From Octopus vulgaris (Eukaryota), in assembly GCA_951406725.2 (NCBI GenBank), contig OX597820.1:26970001-27034000 (forward strand): a stretch of 64,000 nt of DNA, written 5' to 3'. Shown one piece after another: positions 39,452 to 51,537 of this stretch. Both the position numbers and the translations under genes were made by a program. How positions within the stretch are numbered: position 1 is the first letter of the stretch; each line of letters opens with the position of its first letter. The notes under the pieces were generated by a model, which made no database searches, was not told the origin of the DNA, and was given only the letters and a program-made list of their open reading frames with translations.

Positions 39452-39819
39452 AGAATTTTTTGCGTAATGAGATAAAAAAACCAAGGCTGTATAGATATTA
39501 GAGCATTTATAGATAGAAGGTCTTACAGCTGTTTCTAGGATATTAATTAATAATATCCCTTCATCGGAGACGGTGGGATATTATTAATTAATATCCTAGA
39601 AACAGCTGTAAGACCTATCCATAAATGCTCTAATATCTATACAGCCTTGGTTTTTTATCTCATTACGCAAAAAATGCTTATACACACACGCTGACATAGA
39701 ACCAACGTTGAACCCTTTATTCGCAATATTACCGAATCTGGAACTTAACTATGGACTGTCTATAGCACTTGTTCAGCATTGCCTGATACCTTTGGGTCTC
39801 AATGACACCATTATCTCTT
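39452..39819. mobile_element. PLE-like insertion with inverted 5' segment (long palindrome) and 18 bp TSD
   Basis: Inverted arms at 39448-39559 and 39575-39682. Direct repeat ATAAAAGGATCGTATATA at 39434-39451 and 39820-39837. Confidence 0.8.
39520..39571 (-). ncRNA. type I hammerhead ribozyme motif
   Basis: Minus strand reads GUCU-CCGAUGA-AG-GGAUAUUA-UUAAU-UAAUAUCC-UA-GAAAC-AGCU-GUA-AGAC, with palindromic stem III ACAGCUGU. Confidence 0.7.
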
Positions 39820-40529
39820 ATAAAAGGATCGTATATATTTTCCTCTATATATTGTAATCATAAGGTTATCTTTTGTGCATATTTATTCTGTGGAGTCGGC
39901 GTGAATTCGTTGGATCATTAGATTATCACTGAATTCATAATCTTGTTGTAGAATTCTTAGGATGGCTTACACTAATCCACTATTACCAAAACAATATTCA
40001 AAATAGAATATAAATTTGGTGCTTCAAAACTAACGAAACAGTTTGGCGCGATACATACGTGTAGCGTTTGGAGGGGTGCCTATTTACGTTTAGGTAGACT
40101 GAGCTTTCGACCGTGGTTACATTATGAAAGAGACTGGAGAAAACTCCGTCGTTAACTGTTATGCTACCAAATCATTAAGTTGCAATGGTTACATATTGGT
40201 ACACAGTAATAGAAATCAGCCTCTTTAAACTGGTATAAATATGAATATTCTTTGTAAGTTGACTTCATCGCAGGAGTACTGAAAAGAAAAACCCAAATAA
40301 ACTAATCACCGAATTCTGGTCTATATTTCTGACTCCAAATTAGATTTGAATTAGGCTACCTGTCTTAAATATCGCCTCTAATGATAGAAATACACATTAT
40401 TTTGCCACGGACATCATATTTCGACAGCGTATATTCATAATTTTGATTATTATGTGCCAATGGAACTCAAGCTCTTGATAGGGCCTCCCGTACTAAACAA
40501 ATCAAAGGACTACCTGTTATTAGAGGAAG

Positions 40530-40735
40530 AAATGTGTAGGGTTAATAAGCATCGATGACAATTCAAAAACCAACAAGACCTGAGAGAGGAAAGCCTTTCC
40601 TCAAGGTGCAGGAAAATCAGTGATAAGGAAGCAAGATCTAACTGAAGAGAAGCAGAAAAGATAGCCTGGAGTCGATAAGAAGGGAACAAACTAGTCGATG
40701 GCTTATGCTGCATAAGGAGCGAAGAGCTTAAGATA
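40530..40735 (+). mobile_element. internally deleted RTE-like element
   Basis: The 5' block is shared with 23470-23530. The 3' part translates REAEKIAWSR*EGNKLVDGLC, like an RTE C-terminus. Confidence 0.55.
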
Positions 40736-41639
40736 TTTCTAGAAGATCTTATTCTGTTCTAAATCTGAAGTATCTCTTCATATCAGATCTAAGTGAAACA
40801 CTTAATAAAACTTATATGAGAGTCACTATGTTGACTTCTAGAGTTTAAAATTTAGTGGACTGTAGTATTCAATATTACGTGTATCAGGAATATTTACAAC
40901 GTACAACCAGTGACAAAATACGAACCATTGTAATATTCAAAGATTGATTTTATCTTCTCGGCCAGTCATCACTTTTACTTTCCTACAATTAGTAAGCTAT
41001 ACATTTCGGGGTGACGAAGGTCGTCTCCCTCTACAAGCTACATCGTTCATAATCAAGCTGGCCATTCATTGAAAATTAAAATAGAATGGTCTTTTGAACT
41101 TGAAGAAAAAATAAAGCAAAATGTACGCTAGAGACTTAAAAATAATGTTACGAAAATAAAGTAAATATGAAAAGAGAAATAATTAAATAAAAACAGAAAA
41201 AAGACACGAATAAGACTTCAATTGAATTTTGAAATGGCAGAATGATGAAGAATACAGAAGAACAGCCTCTTGGCATCTCAAAAAAGGAGATAACACAGCT
41301 GAGAAATTTTAATTAATAATAATTGTGAAACTATTCTAAAGTCATGAGACAAAAGCAAAAATGAAAAAGCGAAGAAAAAAAAAGAAAAGAAAAATCACTA
41401 AGTTATTTAAAAGTTTTTTCGTCTACAATAGATTTTTTTTTTACTTAAGTATAATCTAATTTTCATCGTGTAGTGGAAATAAAAAGAAACGAACGTTGAA
41501 ATAACTTTTTTAGTTGGCGGTTGAATGATTTTCTCTATCAACTTTTCCATTAAGTTTAAAAATTAAAAAAAAAGAGAAAATAACTAAAAAAAATCGTAAC
41601 AAACCGTTGGAACGTTGTATATTTTAATGGTTTCAGATA

Positions 41640-41780
41640 TAGACACAAGGCCAATAATATAGAGGGGAAGGGACGTAATCGAGACAATTGACCCCAGTTC
41701 TTGCCTGATATATTATGTTATCGACTTCGAAAGGATGAAAGGCAAAATCGACCAAGGTGAGACTTGAACTCAGAAAGTAA
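41640..41780 (-). mobile_element. diverged SINE family C fragment
   Basis: CACAAGGCC..GACCCCAGT..GAAAGGATGAAAGGCAAA..TTGAACTCAGAA. Confidence 0.75.
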
Positions 41781-41795
41781 TATATGTGTGTATGT

Positions 41796-42010
41796 GAGAG
41801 TTATATCGGCACAACAGGAATGTCTCTCAGACGTAGATCAACACTACACAGACAACAAATCTACCACCCCTAATACCGCCAAATACCACTCAGTAGTCAC
41901 ATAGACATGTGCTATGGAACGCCAAGCACAATTCACAACGTTCCCACTAAATAAATAAAGAGGCAACATTTATTGCAAAATACAAACCAGAACTTAACAT
42001 GAATATATAA
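41796..42010 (+). pseudogene. Penelope-like element GIY-YIG endonuclease C-terminal fragment
   Basis: Translates ESYIGTTGMSLRRRSTLHRQQIYHP*YRQIPLSSHIDMC, then after a frameshift KEATFIAKYKPELNMNI*. The YIG, R..H and E..FI....P.LN motifs are present. Confidence 0.85.
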
Positions 42011-44044
42011 TGGACTTCACATATAAAAATCCAACCAGAAAAAAAAGAAAAACAGATTTACTTCCTTTCAGATAAGAAATATTAATTCCACTAACTATCC
42101 TTTTAGTTAAAAAGAAACATATTCAACGCTTATCCCCCTTGAGCTATACTCTCCAGTACAACTGCAAAAACTGTATCATATCTGATTCTACGCAAGATTA
42201 AATCAAAAACGTATGGTATCGTAACATTGAGTCATGATTAAGGAAGCAAAACCAGTCGACTTTGTACATATTGTAATGGATTAAAAGATCTTTATCCACA
42301 CAAACAAGATTTCTGTGCTTTTCACCTTAATTCTTATTTTATTTTTACCACAACATGGAATATCCCCGTGAATTTCATGCACACACACACACACACACAC
42401 ACATATCACTTATGCTTGCGAACCGAGTAGAAAAAACTTTGTTGAAGAGATTTAATAGGACCAAAACGTCCATTGCTTTCACTAATTCGCTTTAAATCTC
42501 AGATCTACTCCTATCATGTCTGCATTGTTAATAAATTCAAAATAATTTAACTGGAGTTGTTTCTCTTGCTTGTAGTTCTTTTTATAGATTTTTGAACACA
42601 TTTAGAAGGAAATTAAATTTATATTTAATATTCAAAACATATCTTTGAGATAGTTACCTCTCATCCATAATGTACGTTACAAAGCAAGGTGGGATCTTAG
42701 TATAACAATGCTATTTATTATAGAAGTCTGTTGTTCCAGAATGATTTGGCTGTTAACCCAAATAGATCAAATAATAATCTTGAGACTTTCACAGTGACAC
42801 CCATACATCTTAGTTAATATCACTGACATAAGTCAATTCATAGATTTTGACACAGCCAGTCATGAGTATCTTGACGGGTGGCGTGACGTTGTCCTAGATT
42901 ATATTTATGGAATGCTGGCTTATTTGAGAATAAAAGCAGCCTTTGTTTTTTTTTCATAAAAAATCCAGTCAAAAAATAACGCTGAATGGAATTCCTAACA
43001 AGCGTTTGCGTCTTAATAGACACCTTTATCTTATACGCTTCACTGATTCTCTATAAAGACGAGAGACTGAATAAATGAAGTAGGCACCGTAAGCAATTAT
43101 TTTTTTCATGATCTATTAACTGCAGATCTATTTAACAAGCTGTAAGTTTCTATATACTCAAATTGGCAAGCTTTAAAGTAGAATAATCAGAAGGAACTAT
43201 TCGAATATTTAAAGCTATGTTTTATAATGGAAATAAAGCAAGAGAGATAAATGTCGTAGGAGATTACATATTTGAAGTGAAAATAAGCGAAAGGAATCTT
43301 ATGATCGATATTATTATGTCACTGTAATGTAGGGCGAATAAGCTATTGAAGCCGTTTGTCAATTATAATGCTACTGCTATTCAAATGGCGAATCACCTTG
43401 TATATGTAACTTCTTTATTACTCGGAGGTGGTCTGGGCAATGATATCGTTCTCTTTACCGTATACGGAGATTGACATTTACGACGCTTATAATGACATAG
43501 TATCGTCCATAGAATCTATTAGATTAAACCAGATATGTTGTCCTTGGAATAATAACCCCAATAAAAACTTGCATTCCAAAAGGTCGAGGTGAGGAATTAT
43601 CGTTATTATATAATCATCTTTCTTTTCCTCTACGACGTCCTAAGTACTGGACGTCTTTTATCTCTCTCTTCTATCTTTTCTCTTTTCAAAGAAAATGTTT
43701 CTCCCATCGTTCACTATTTTACCCTTGTTTTCGTTCGGTTTCCTTGTATGTCTCCACTGTCCTGTTTTGTTCCTAACTTTGACTCTCCATAAACCTAAAA
43801 TTTTATTTTGGTATTTATGGAAGCAACTGCCTCCGAAGACTCATGTTGTCGTTGAATGCTCGAAATGAGAAGTAGATATACACCCGACAACTGATGAAGG
43901 GTTGTTCTTTCGGTTACCTGTCCTGTTTTCCATTTTTTCTGCTCACGTTTACGTATTTAACTCATTTGTTTTCGTAGTTTATGTTGTTTACTGTTGGTAA
44001 TGTCCTGTACCCATGTATGCATATATATATATATATATATATAT

Positions 44045-44447
44045 TATGTGAAATAGAAAGATGAATAATCTTGTAGCAGATTAATCAAAAGTTTAACCGA
44101 TACCTTGGTAGCAAAAATCACAGCAGAAGACAGCACGGTTGGAGGTACAACCATATGGTGTTGCAACCGTGCGTTGGTGCGGATAATTGAATTTTAATAT
44201 TACTGGTGAATTGAAGAAATGGAGCTGAACGAAGATTGAACAGAAATCGTTTTATTTCATTCTACACGTGTTTCGAAAGGCACAATTTACCAAAATCCGA
44301 TTCCTATTTCTTCCTGAAGAGAAAGACACAATATGGTCTCATTATTCAATCGGATTTTGGTAAATTGTGCCTTTCGAAACACGTGTAGAATGAAATAAAA
44401 CGATTTCTGTTCAATCTTCGTTCAGCTCCATTTCTTCAATTCACCAG

Positions 44448-44453
<6 letters not shown>
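44045..44453. mobile_element. (TA)n-flanked PLE-like insertion with a perfect 106 bp inverted repeat
   Basis: Arms 44197-44302 and 44348-44453 are exact reverse complements with a 45 nt spacer. TA runs lie at 44021-44044 and from 44451. Confidence 0.85.
44305..44397 (+). ncRNA. type I hammerhead ribozyme motif with canonical core
   Basis: UAUUUCUUC-CUGAAGA-GAAAGACACAAU-loop-AUUGUGCCUUUC-GAAAC-ACGU-GUA-GAAUGAAAUA. Predicted cleavage after A44387, followed by AAUAAA. Confidence 0.8.
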
Positions 44454-44492
<39 letters not shown>

Positions 44493-44568
44493 CATGTATA
44501 TATACATATATATATATTTATCTATACGTATATACACGTCTCTCTCTCTCTATATATATATTTATATG

Positions 44569-44600
<32 letters not shown>

Positions 44601-46149
44601 TGCATGTGTATGTGTATATATGTGTGTAGCGTGTTCGTGAGTGTGTGTGTTTGTGTATGTAACTTTTATGTGCGTTGAGCAACTTAACATTTGTGTGAGT
44701 CTTACAGCTTGACAACTGAAGTTCGGTACAAAAGGAGCCAACAGAATAAGCATTGGGGTCGATTCGATCGACTAATCCCCTCCTTTTCAAGGCAGTGCCT
44801 TAGCACAGCCGCTATCCAATGATATAAACATATACTGAACTAAAATTATTCGAATCCTTTTAAACTATTTAAAATACGGACACAAATAAGTAATAAATTT
44901 ATCCATGACTTAATAAATTTAGTCATTAAATTTCTAAGCAGAAAAACTCTGATGTGAGAGCACTATAAAATCCGAAAGGATTAAATGAAGCTTTAATAAT
45001 GTAAAGGGTTTGATGTAAAGAGAAATAGCGAGATGAGAGAAGTTCATTTCTAACACGTTTGAGGGTAAAGTTGTTACATATTAATTATAATTATAACAAT
45101 AATATACTTAATGTTTATGACGTCATATATTTAAGTTTGTTTCTAATTCTTATACTGCCACTTGCTTCGTTTATAGAATTTTATTGGAAAATAATTGTAA
45201 AACGGTGATGATTTAAAAATCGATAAAATATGAAACAGAAAATGCAAAACTAATTAATAAATGCTTTTCATTTAATTTAAATATCTAAATAGCTAATTGG
45301 AAGAATCGCTAAGGTATTGGATAGAAGGCTTCGTGGAATTTGCTCCAACGCTCTGCGCTCTGAATTTTATATTTCACCGAGGTCGACTTTGCCTGACATC
45401 TTTTCGAGATTGATAAAACTGTACCAATGGAGTAAGGTTGGATAACCGGATCTATTAGAGACTCGAAAAAGATGCCTTGCCATATGTATTCTGACAGCAA
45501 CGCCTGCGACCTTAAGCTGTATCGGTAGAAGTCGTCAGCCATTTTGTTTGGATAATCGTCGGTGACACAGAGAGAGGATAATTGCATGCATAGCCAACTT
45601 CTAGTCTTCTAAAAAAAAAAAAAGTTAATTAAGTTCGGTTCAGTTCCGCGCATGTATGGTCAACAGTAATTGACGCTAGTACTACGTCGATAACTGCAAA
45701 TAAACATGAACTAAAAAAATCCAGATTAAACATTTTGTAAAATAAGTATGTTCTTCATTGACGTCTTAAAAAATTAGGTTCCTCCTACTGCTACTACATA
45801 GGTGTATCTTTTTCCATTAATTAATTTACACCTAAATTTAATAGACGCAATGCTCTCTGCTTTCCCTAAAAGGTTAAATAATTCTTTGTCTCTGAACCAG
45901 GGACGATCCGGGGAAAATCCTTTCTCTTTGGAACTTCTCGTTTTTCTCTGATCTCACCTCCTCTACAAATTCTCATAGGTTTGGATAAAGCATGAAACAT
46001 GTCACCGTTTCTCAAGTTTCCTTAGTTTCTAATTTAGAAGATTCTAGCATGCTTCTACCTTATCTCCACTGACGAAAAGAACTAACAAATTTGTTTGCAA
46101 CGTAAATGAAAAGTAAACAGAATCGCCGATGACGAATAATTGATTCTTT

Positions 46150-47300
46150 GGCACATGACCAGAAATTTTCAGGCGAAGGGGTATGTTTGTTAAATGGTTC
46201 CCGATCACTTGACTGGTACTTTATTTTACCAAACCTAGAAGAATGAAAGGCAAAGTTGACCTCGGTGAGATTTGAACCCACACCGTAAAGAGCCATACCA
46301 AACACCGCAAAGAATCTTCTCCAATGTTCTTACTATAACGATTCGGATAAACGACCGTCTACATGTATGATGGCGCATGGCTCAGTGGTTAGAGCGTCGA
46401 GCTTACGATCGTGAGGTCGTAAGTTCGAATCCCGGACCAGGCTGCGTGTTGTGTTCTTGAGCAAGACACTTTTTTTCACGTTGCTTCAATTAACTCAACT
46501 GTAGAAAGTAGTCGTGACATCACTGGTGCCAAGCTGTATCAGCCCCTTTGCCTTTCCCTTGGATAACACTGGTGGCGTGGAGAGGGGAGACCGGTATGCA
46601 TGAGCGACTGCTGGTCTTCCATAAACAACCTTGCCCGGCCTTGTACCTGGGAGGGTAACTTCCTAGGTGCAATCCCGTTGTCAGTCATGGCCGAAGGGGG
46701 TCTCAACATGTATGATATTTTTGAAGGTAGGGGACAAGTCGACACCCTTCCCTCAGTACCTGATTGGTGGTTTAGTGATTCTGAAAGTTTGCATGGTAAA
46801 GTTGACTTCGGTAGAATTTGAACCTGGCTCATAAAGTGCCAAAACAAATATTGCAAGACATTTTACCCGATGCTCTTAATTCATCACTGTTGTTTCTGTT
46901 TTAGACACTTGGCCGACAAACTTTGACCCTAGTTCTTAACTGGTATCTTATTTGGAAGGATTGAGAGGAAAAGTTGACTTTGGAAGGATTTGGGCGCTGG
47001 GCACAAAGAACCGAAAAAATACCATCAATGACAACTCTGCCAATCCTACATCCTTACGCACCAAACAAATAACTGTTACTGATTTAAAGTGATACAACTA
47101 ATCATTTGCAACATAAGCACAAGACTTGAAATTCAGGGAAGGATGTTAGTCAATATCATTGACCCCAGTACCAGTGAAGTAGTGACTGGTGCTATATTTT
47201 ATTCGACTCTGAAGTAATGAAAGGTAAAGTTGACCTCAGAATGTAAAGAGCAGGAGCAAATAATGAAACAGATTTTTAACGACGCTTTTGTGATTCTTCC
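46150..47300 (-). mobile_element. cluster of old diverged family C SINE monomers (hosts the family D copy)
   Basis: Repeated (G)AAAGTTGAC(C/T)T..G motif at about 46250, 46800, 46970 and 47225. Confidence 0.6.
46370..46707 (+). mobile_element. tRNA-derived SINE family D with CORE-like central domain
   Basis: A box TGGCTCAGTGG and B box GTTCGAATCCC, then TTGTGTTCTTGAGCAAGACACTT. Confidence 0.85.
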
Positions 47301-48574
47301 AGCTATCCACCCTGGTGACACTGATAATATAAGAAGCCACCAATTACATACAGTACCAATTCTGTAATAGAGAAGAACGTTCTTTGTGTGCACCAGTATT
47401 TTCACATTTATCACTTTCCAGAGTTGTTAATGTTTTCTATTATCACAATACAGAATGTTTCATTTATTTATTCTTTAAATTTGACCTTTACCGCGACATT
47501 ACAAATACATTTTTGTTATTTCTTATACTTTGGTTGTTAGTAAAACCATTATGTGCTACCACCAGCTACTGTATCGTGGGCGGTTGACCGACTATCTACT
47601 TTTTTTTTTTACATTTCTCTTTTATTAATTGTTGTATCTTCAATCCTATCATCTCTATGGTGTTATCAATCCAGTTCTTTTCTCCTGTAGTATTTATAAT
47701 ACAGTTCAAAATATACTTTCAAATTTTTTTTTTGCAACTTAACTCTCGGCGGAAGTGTTATGAAGAGAAATAATGTTTTCATGATTGAATTTGATACTAA
47801 ATAATGAAGGAAGAACGTCCAACATTTTCATAGCGGTGACACAGCATGGCCACAACTAACTGACTGAAACCAGTTTTTGTGCTTTCTATATTTTCTTCAT
47901 AAGTTGGACATTATCCCCACGTAGTTGCTTGGTTTCCTATAAACAGTAGCCAATCAATCTCAAATTCCACCCCTTGCCTATAAAACGAAAGGCACACTCG
48001 AGTGTATAATAAATACAATACAATATTCATTACTTCTCTATAATAACAGAGGACATAATTTGATTACTGTTTTAGATGCTGTGTTTTTCGAGATTTATCT
48101 CTATTATTTCAACTCAGAAAGAAATTGATTCAAAGATTTAATTGATCAAACAGCAACTGATAATTATAAAGCTTCCGAACAAAACATAATTAGTCGACAA
48201 AGATAGTAAATTTAGACACAATGACAGACAATGACATTTGAAAAGAGATAAAATATGAAACTATGGCTGACGTTAGATCAGCAACTCTCAATCTTTTTGG
48301 TTTTGTTGCGAGTTGGAGATCAAAAAACAAACAAATAAAATAAAAACATGAAAAATTGAAAAAATAGAAATACAGAAACAAAACAATTACTGGCGTACTG
48401 GAGATTAGATTAACAACAAAAAGTTTTACTGGTACGATTTCATGAAAAGTTTATTTAAAGAAAAATTAATTCTAATATTTAGAAACAAATAAAACAATCT
48501 AGAGCTTATTGTATTTTATTAATTATACTTACGCATACAAAAAAAGAACTTACATTTTTTTTCAGACACTCAGT

Positions 48575-49033
48575 ATTGGTTTGGAATTCTAGCAAAAAGC
48601 CAGCACCTTCGGAGGAGTGGGGTAAGTCGGTTAAAGGCGGCGAGCTGGCAGGAACGTCAGCGCTCCGGGCGAAATGCTTAGCGGTATTTCGTCTGTCGTT
48701 ACGTTGTGAGTTCAAATTCCGCCGAGGTCGACTTTGCCTTTCATCCTTTCGGGGTTCGATAAATTAAGTACCAGTTACGCACTGGGGTCGATGTAATCGA
48801 CTTAATACCTATGTCTGTTCTTGTTTGTCCCTCTATGTTTAGCCCCTTGTGGGTAGTTAAGAAATAGGTTACACCAACCTCAGTGCTCAGCTGGTACTTA
48901 CTTTATGGACCCCGAAAGGATGAAAGACAAAATCAATCTCGGAGAAATTTGAACTTTGAACGTAAAAACGGACGAAATGCCGCTAAGCATTTTGCCCAGC
49001 GTGCTAACGATTTCGCCAGCTCGCCGCCTTTAA
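48575..49033. mobile_element. family C SINE (+, 48635-48870) nested in an oppositely oriented family C SINE (-)
   Basis: TTAAAGGCGGCGAGCTGGC at 48631 and GCCAGCTCGCCGCCTTTAA ending at 49033. The tail of the minus copy lies at 48575-48630. Confidence 0.85.
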
Positions 49034-51199
49034 GATGTTCAATGTTACTGTGAAGTGTGTTAAAGCTTTTTCCTGATATAAAAAAAAAGCTGTGGCACAT
49101 CTAAGTATACTAAATCTTCTTTTGCCATTTTACAGTTTAGTCAAGGAGGAAAGAGCAGCACCAATAGTCCTTTATTTCTTCAGGGCCTTAGAAATTAGTG
49201 TATGGAACGGCGAAGTATATCTTTAAACTGGAGACCTGGTTTGCATGTTTGAAACAGCGTGAGCCCTACTAAAAGCACCTGAAGATAAGGGAACGGTGTT
49301 AAACCAGGTGATGGGATAAGTCTACCATCCAAGAATACAAAACGCAGGACAAGATGTAATACTGCAAGGTATCTTGTCTGACACACTTACAAATTCGCCA
49401 AACCATCGTCCTAGATTGGCACTCTATACTGCAGGAAAAGATGAAACGCAAATTTAAGCATTGGAACAAAGGAAAAGCGTGCAGTTGCTTCTTCATTTAC
49501 TCGACCTGGAGCTAAATAAAAGAAACGGTGGCAAAGTATTTGGCTCAGTTCCAGATCGTTAAGCTGGAACAGACCCGTGATTGAATCGTTTCTGCAATGG
49601 CCCTCCAGTCCGTTTCAATATCACGGACAAAAATATTTTTTTAAATTTAAAATAGTCGAGTGTAGTTTGAGGGAGATTCGGTTTGTATTTCAAACAAATT
49701 GAGTGATGGCATATATAGAGGCTTCAACGTTTGGCAGAAAATGGTAGAGCACTGGATTAGGTGGAATTGCATTATTTAGTATATTGTCCTTGTTGAAACC
49801 TAAAGCAGCTCTGTTCGAGCAGGTGTATGGTCATATGTGTTCCATGGTGATCATTCAACCATTTCTTAATATCGGACATAATACTGCCCAGTATATTCAA
49901 ATTTATTTTATAATTGTAAAATATAATTTAGGAGAAATTTTGGCTGTCATTTTCTAGCAGGTCGAGCAATCACATAAAGGTTCTCTCGTCAACAGGTATT
50001 TAGTTTCATTCTTCTGTGTTCTGTATTGAAATTCCATTGAAGTTAACTTATCCCTTCACGCCTCCCAAGTCAATGCAAATAATTACAAGTGATAATACAG
50101 AAAGCGAATGAATGAGTAAAATTTCATCATAGCGTCATTTATTACATATTTACTTTGTGTGCGCTTGAAAACAAACAAACAAACAAGCAAACAAACAAAA
50201 TAACCATTATTGTGACAGCTAACATAAACTATTGAAAAACGACAGCAGAATTCACGCTGTTTATCTTGTCAATTCTTCCAGAACTGATTTTTAAAATTAA
50301 ATGCCTATATAGAACCTAAGCAATTCTTCAGTCATAAATTTTAACTACTGTAAACAGTAGAAGCAATGATGAGCCGAGCGACTCTACGATCAATACATTG
50401 TGTGGTTTGTTCTTGTGTTAAATATATAACAAGTTCTGCTCGCTAGTCACATGGGGGAATATTTCAATGGTTACTGTGTTATGTATGAAGGCGAAATTTA
50501 AATATATTAGTGATTTGAGATATGTACGGTTGAGAAAAAGTGCTCATCAAATGACAGCAGTGATCCAGGTTTTATCCTCTGTTGGCTGATGTTCAGTTTA
50601 TTTACGTTGCTAAATACCTTTTAGAAATAGCTTTAACATCGTAACGTCTTTCATTCCAATTCCATTAAAATACAGAGCTATTGTGCGTAGTCAAACAGCA
50701 AGTAATGCAATCTTGGCGTGAGGTGCAGGAGGTGACAGAAGCAGTAAGGAGGCCAGGGCAATGATTTACAGTATTCATTTTCCTGAACTAAAAGCAATGC
50801 TTTAAATAAGCTGAAGATAAATTCCGAGCAGAATCAATAACGCAACCATGTGAAATGTATGCAGAACAGTGTTCGATAAGTAGTAGCGTTAGAACGTCGG
50901 ACAAATGGTTTGTGGTAACTGTCTTGGCTGTTGTCGTTCCGAGTTCAAATCCAACGTAGAGCAACATTTTGTCTTTCATTCTTCCAGAAACGATAAAATA
51001 AAGTGATTCATGTACTGAAGTCGAACTCGCTTTATATCTTCTTTGACGCCTAGGCTGCCAGAAGCATTTTGTCCTAAACGTTCATGCTTGTTTTCAGACT
51101 TTTAGTTAGCCCTTATTACATACGTTCTGAGTAATAAAAAGATTCCCTTTCATGTTTCTCAAGTTACTCTGGTGGTTAGAAAACATTTGAGAATGTATA

Positions 51200-51537
51200 T
51201 CGTATATGATGCATAAACGCTAGGTCCTGTTTATCACGTGTAATACTCAGGAGTGGCAAACGGTTAAGGGTCGGTCGAACCGTGCAGTGGCAAGGACGGG
51301 CTACGATTTATCATATATGATGCATGAACGTTAGGTCCTGTTTATCACAGTAATACTCAGGAGTGGCAAACGGTTAAGGGTCGGTCGAACCGTGCAGTGG
51401 CAAGGACGGGCTACGATTTATCGTATATGATGCATGAACGGTAGGTCCTGTTTATCACATGTAATACTCAGAACTGGGAAACGGTTAAGGGTCGGTCGAA
51501 CCGTGCAGTGGCAAGGACGGGCTACGATTTATCGTAT
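51200..51537. repeat. three-copy tandem minisatellite of 110-111 bp
   Basis: Units start at 51200, 51311 and 51421 and are nearly identical. Confidence 0.95.

Noticed and set aside
51200-51537. CRISPR-like array (also 63396-63585)
   Set aside because: Whole units repeat with no unique spacers, the context is eukaryotic, and there are no cas genes.
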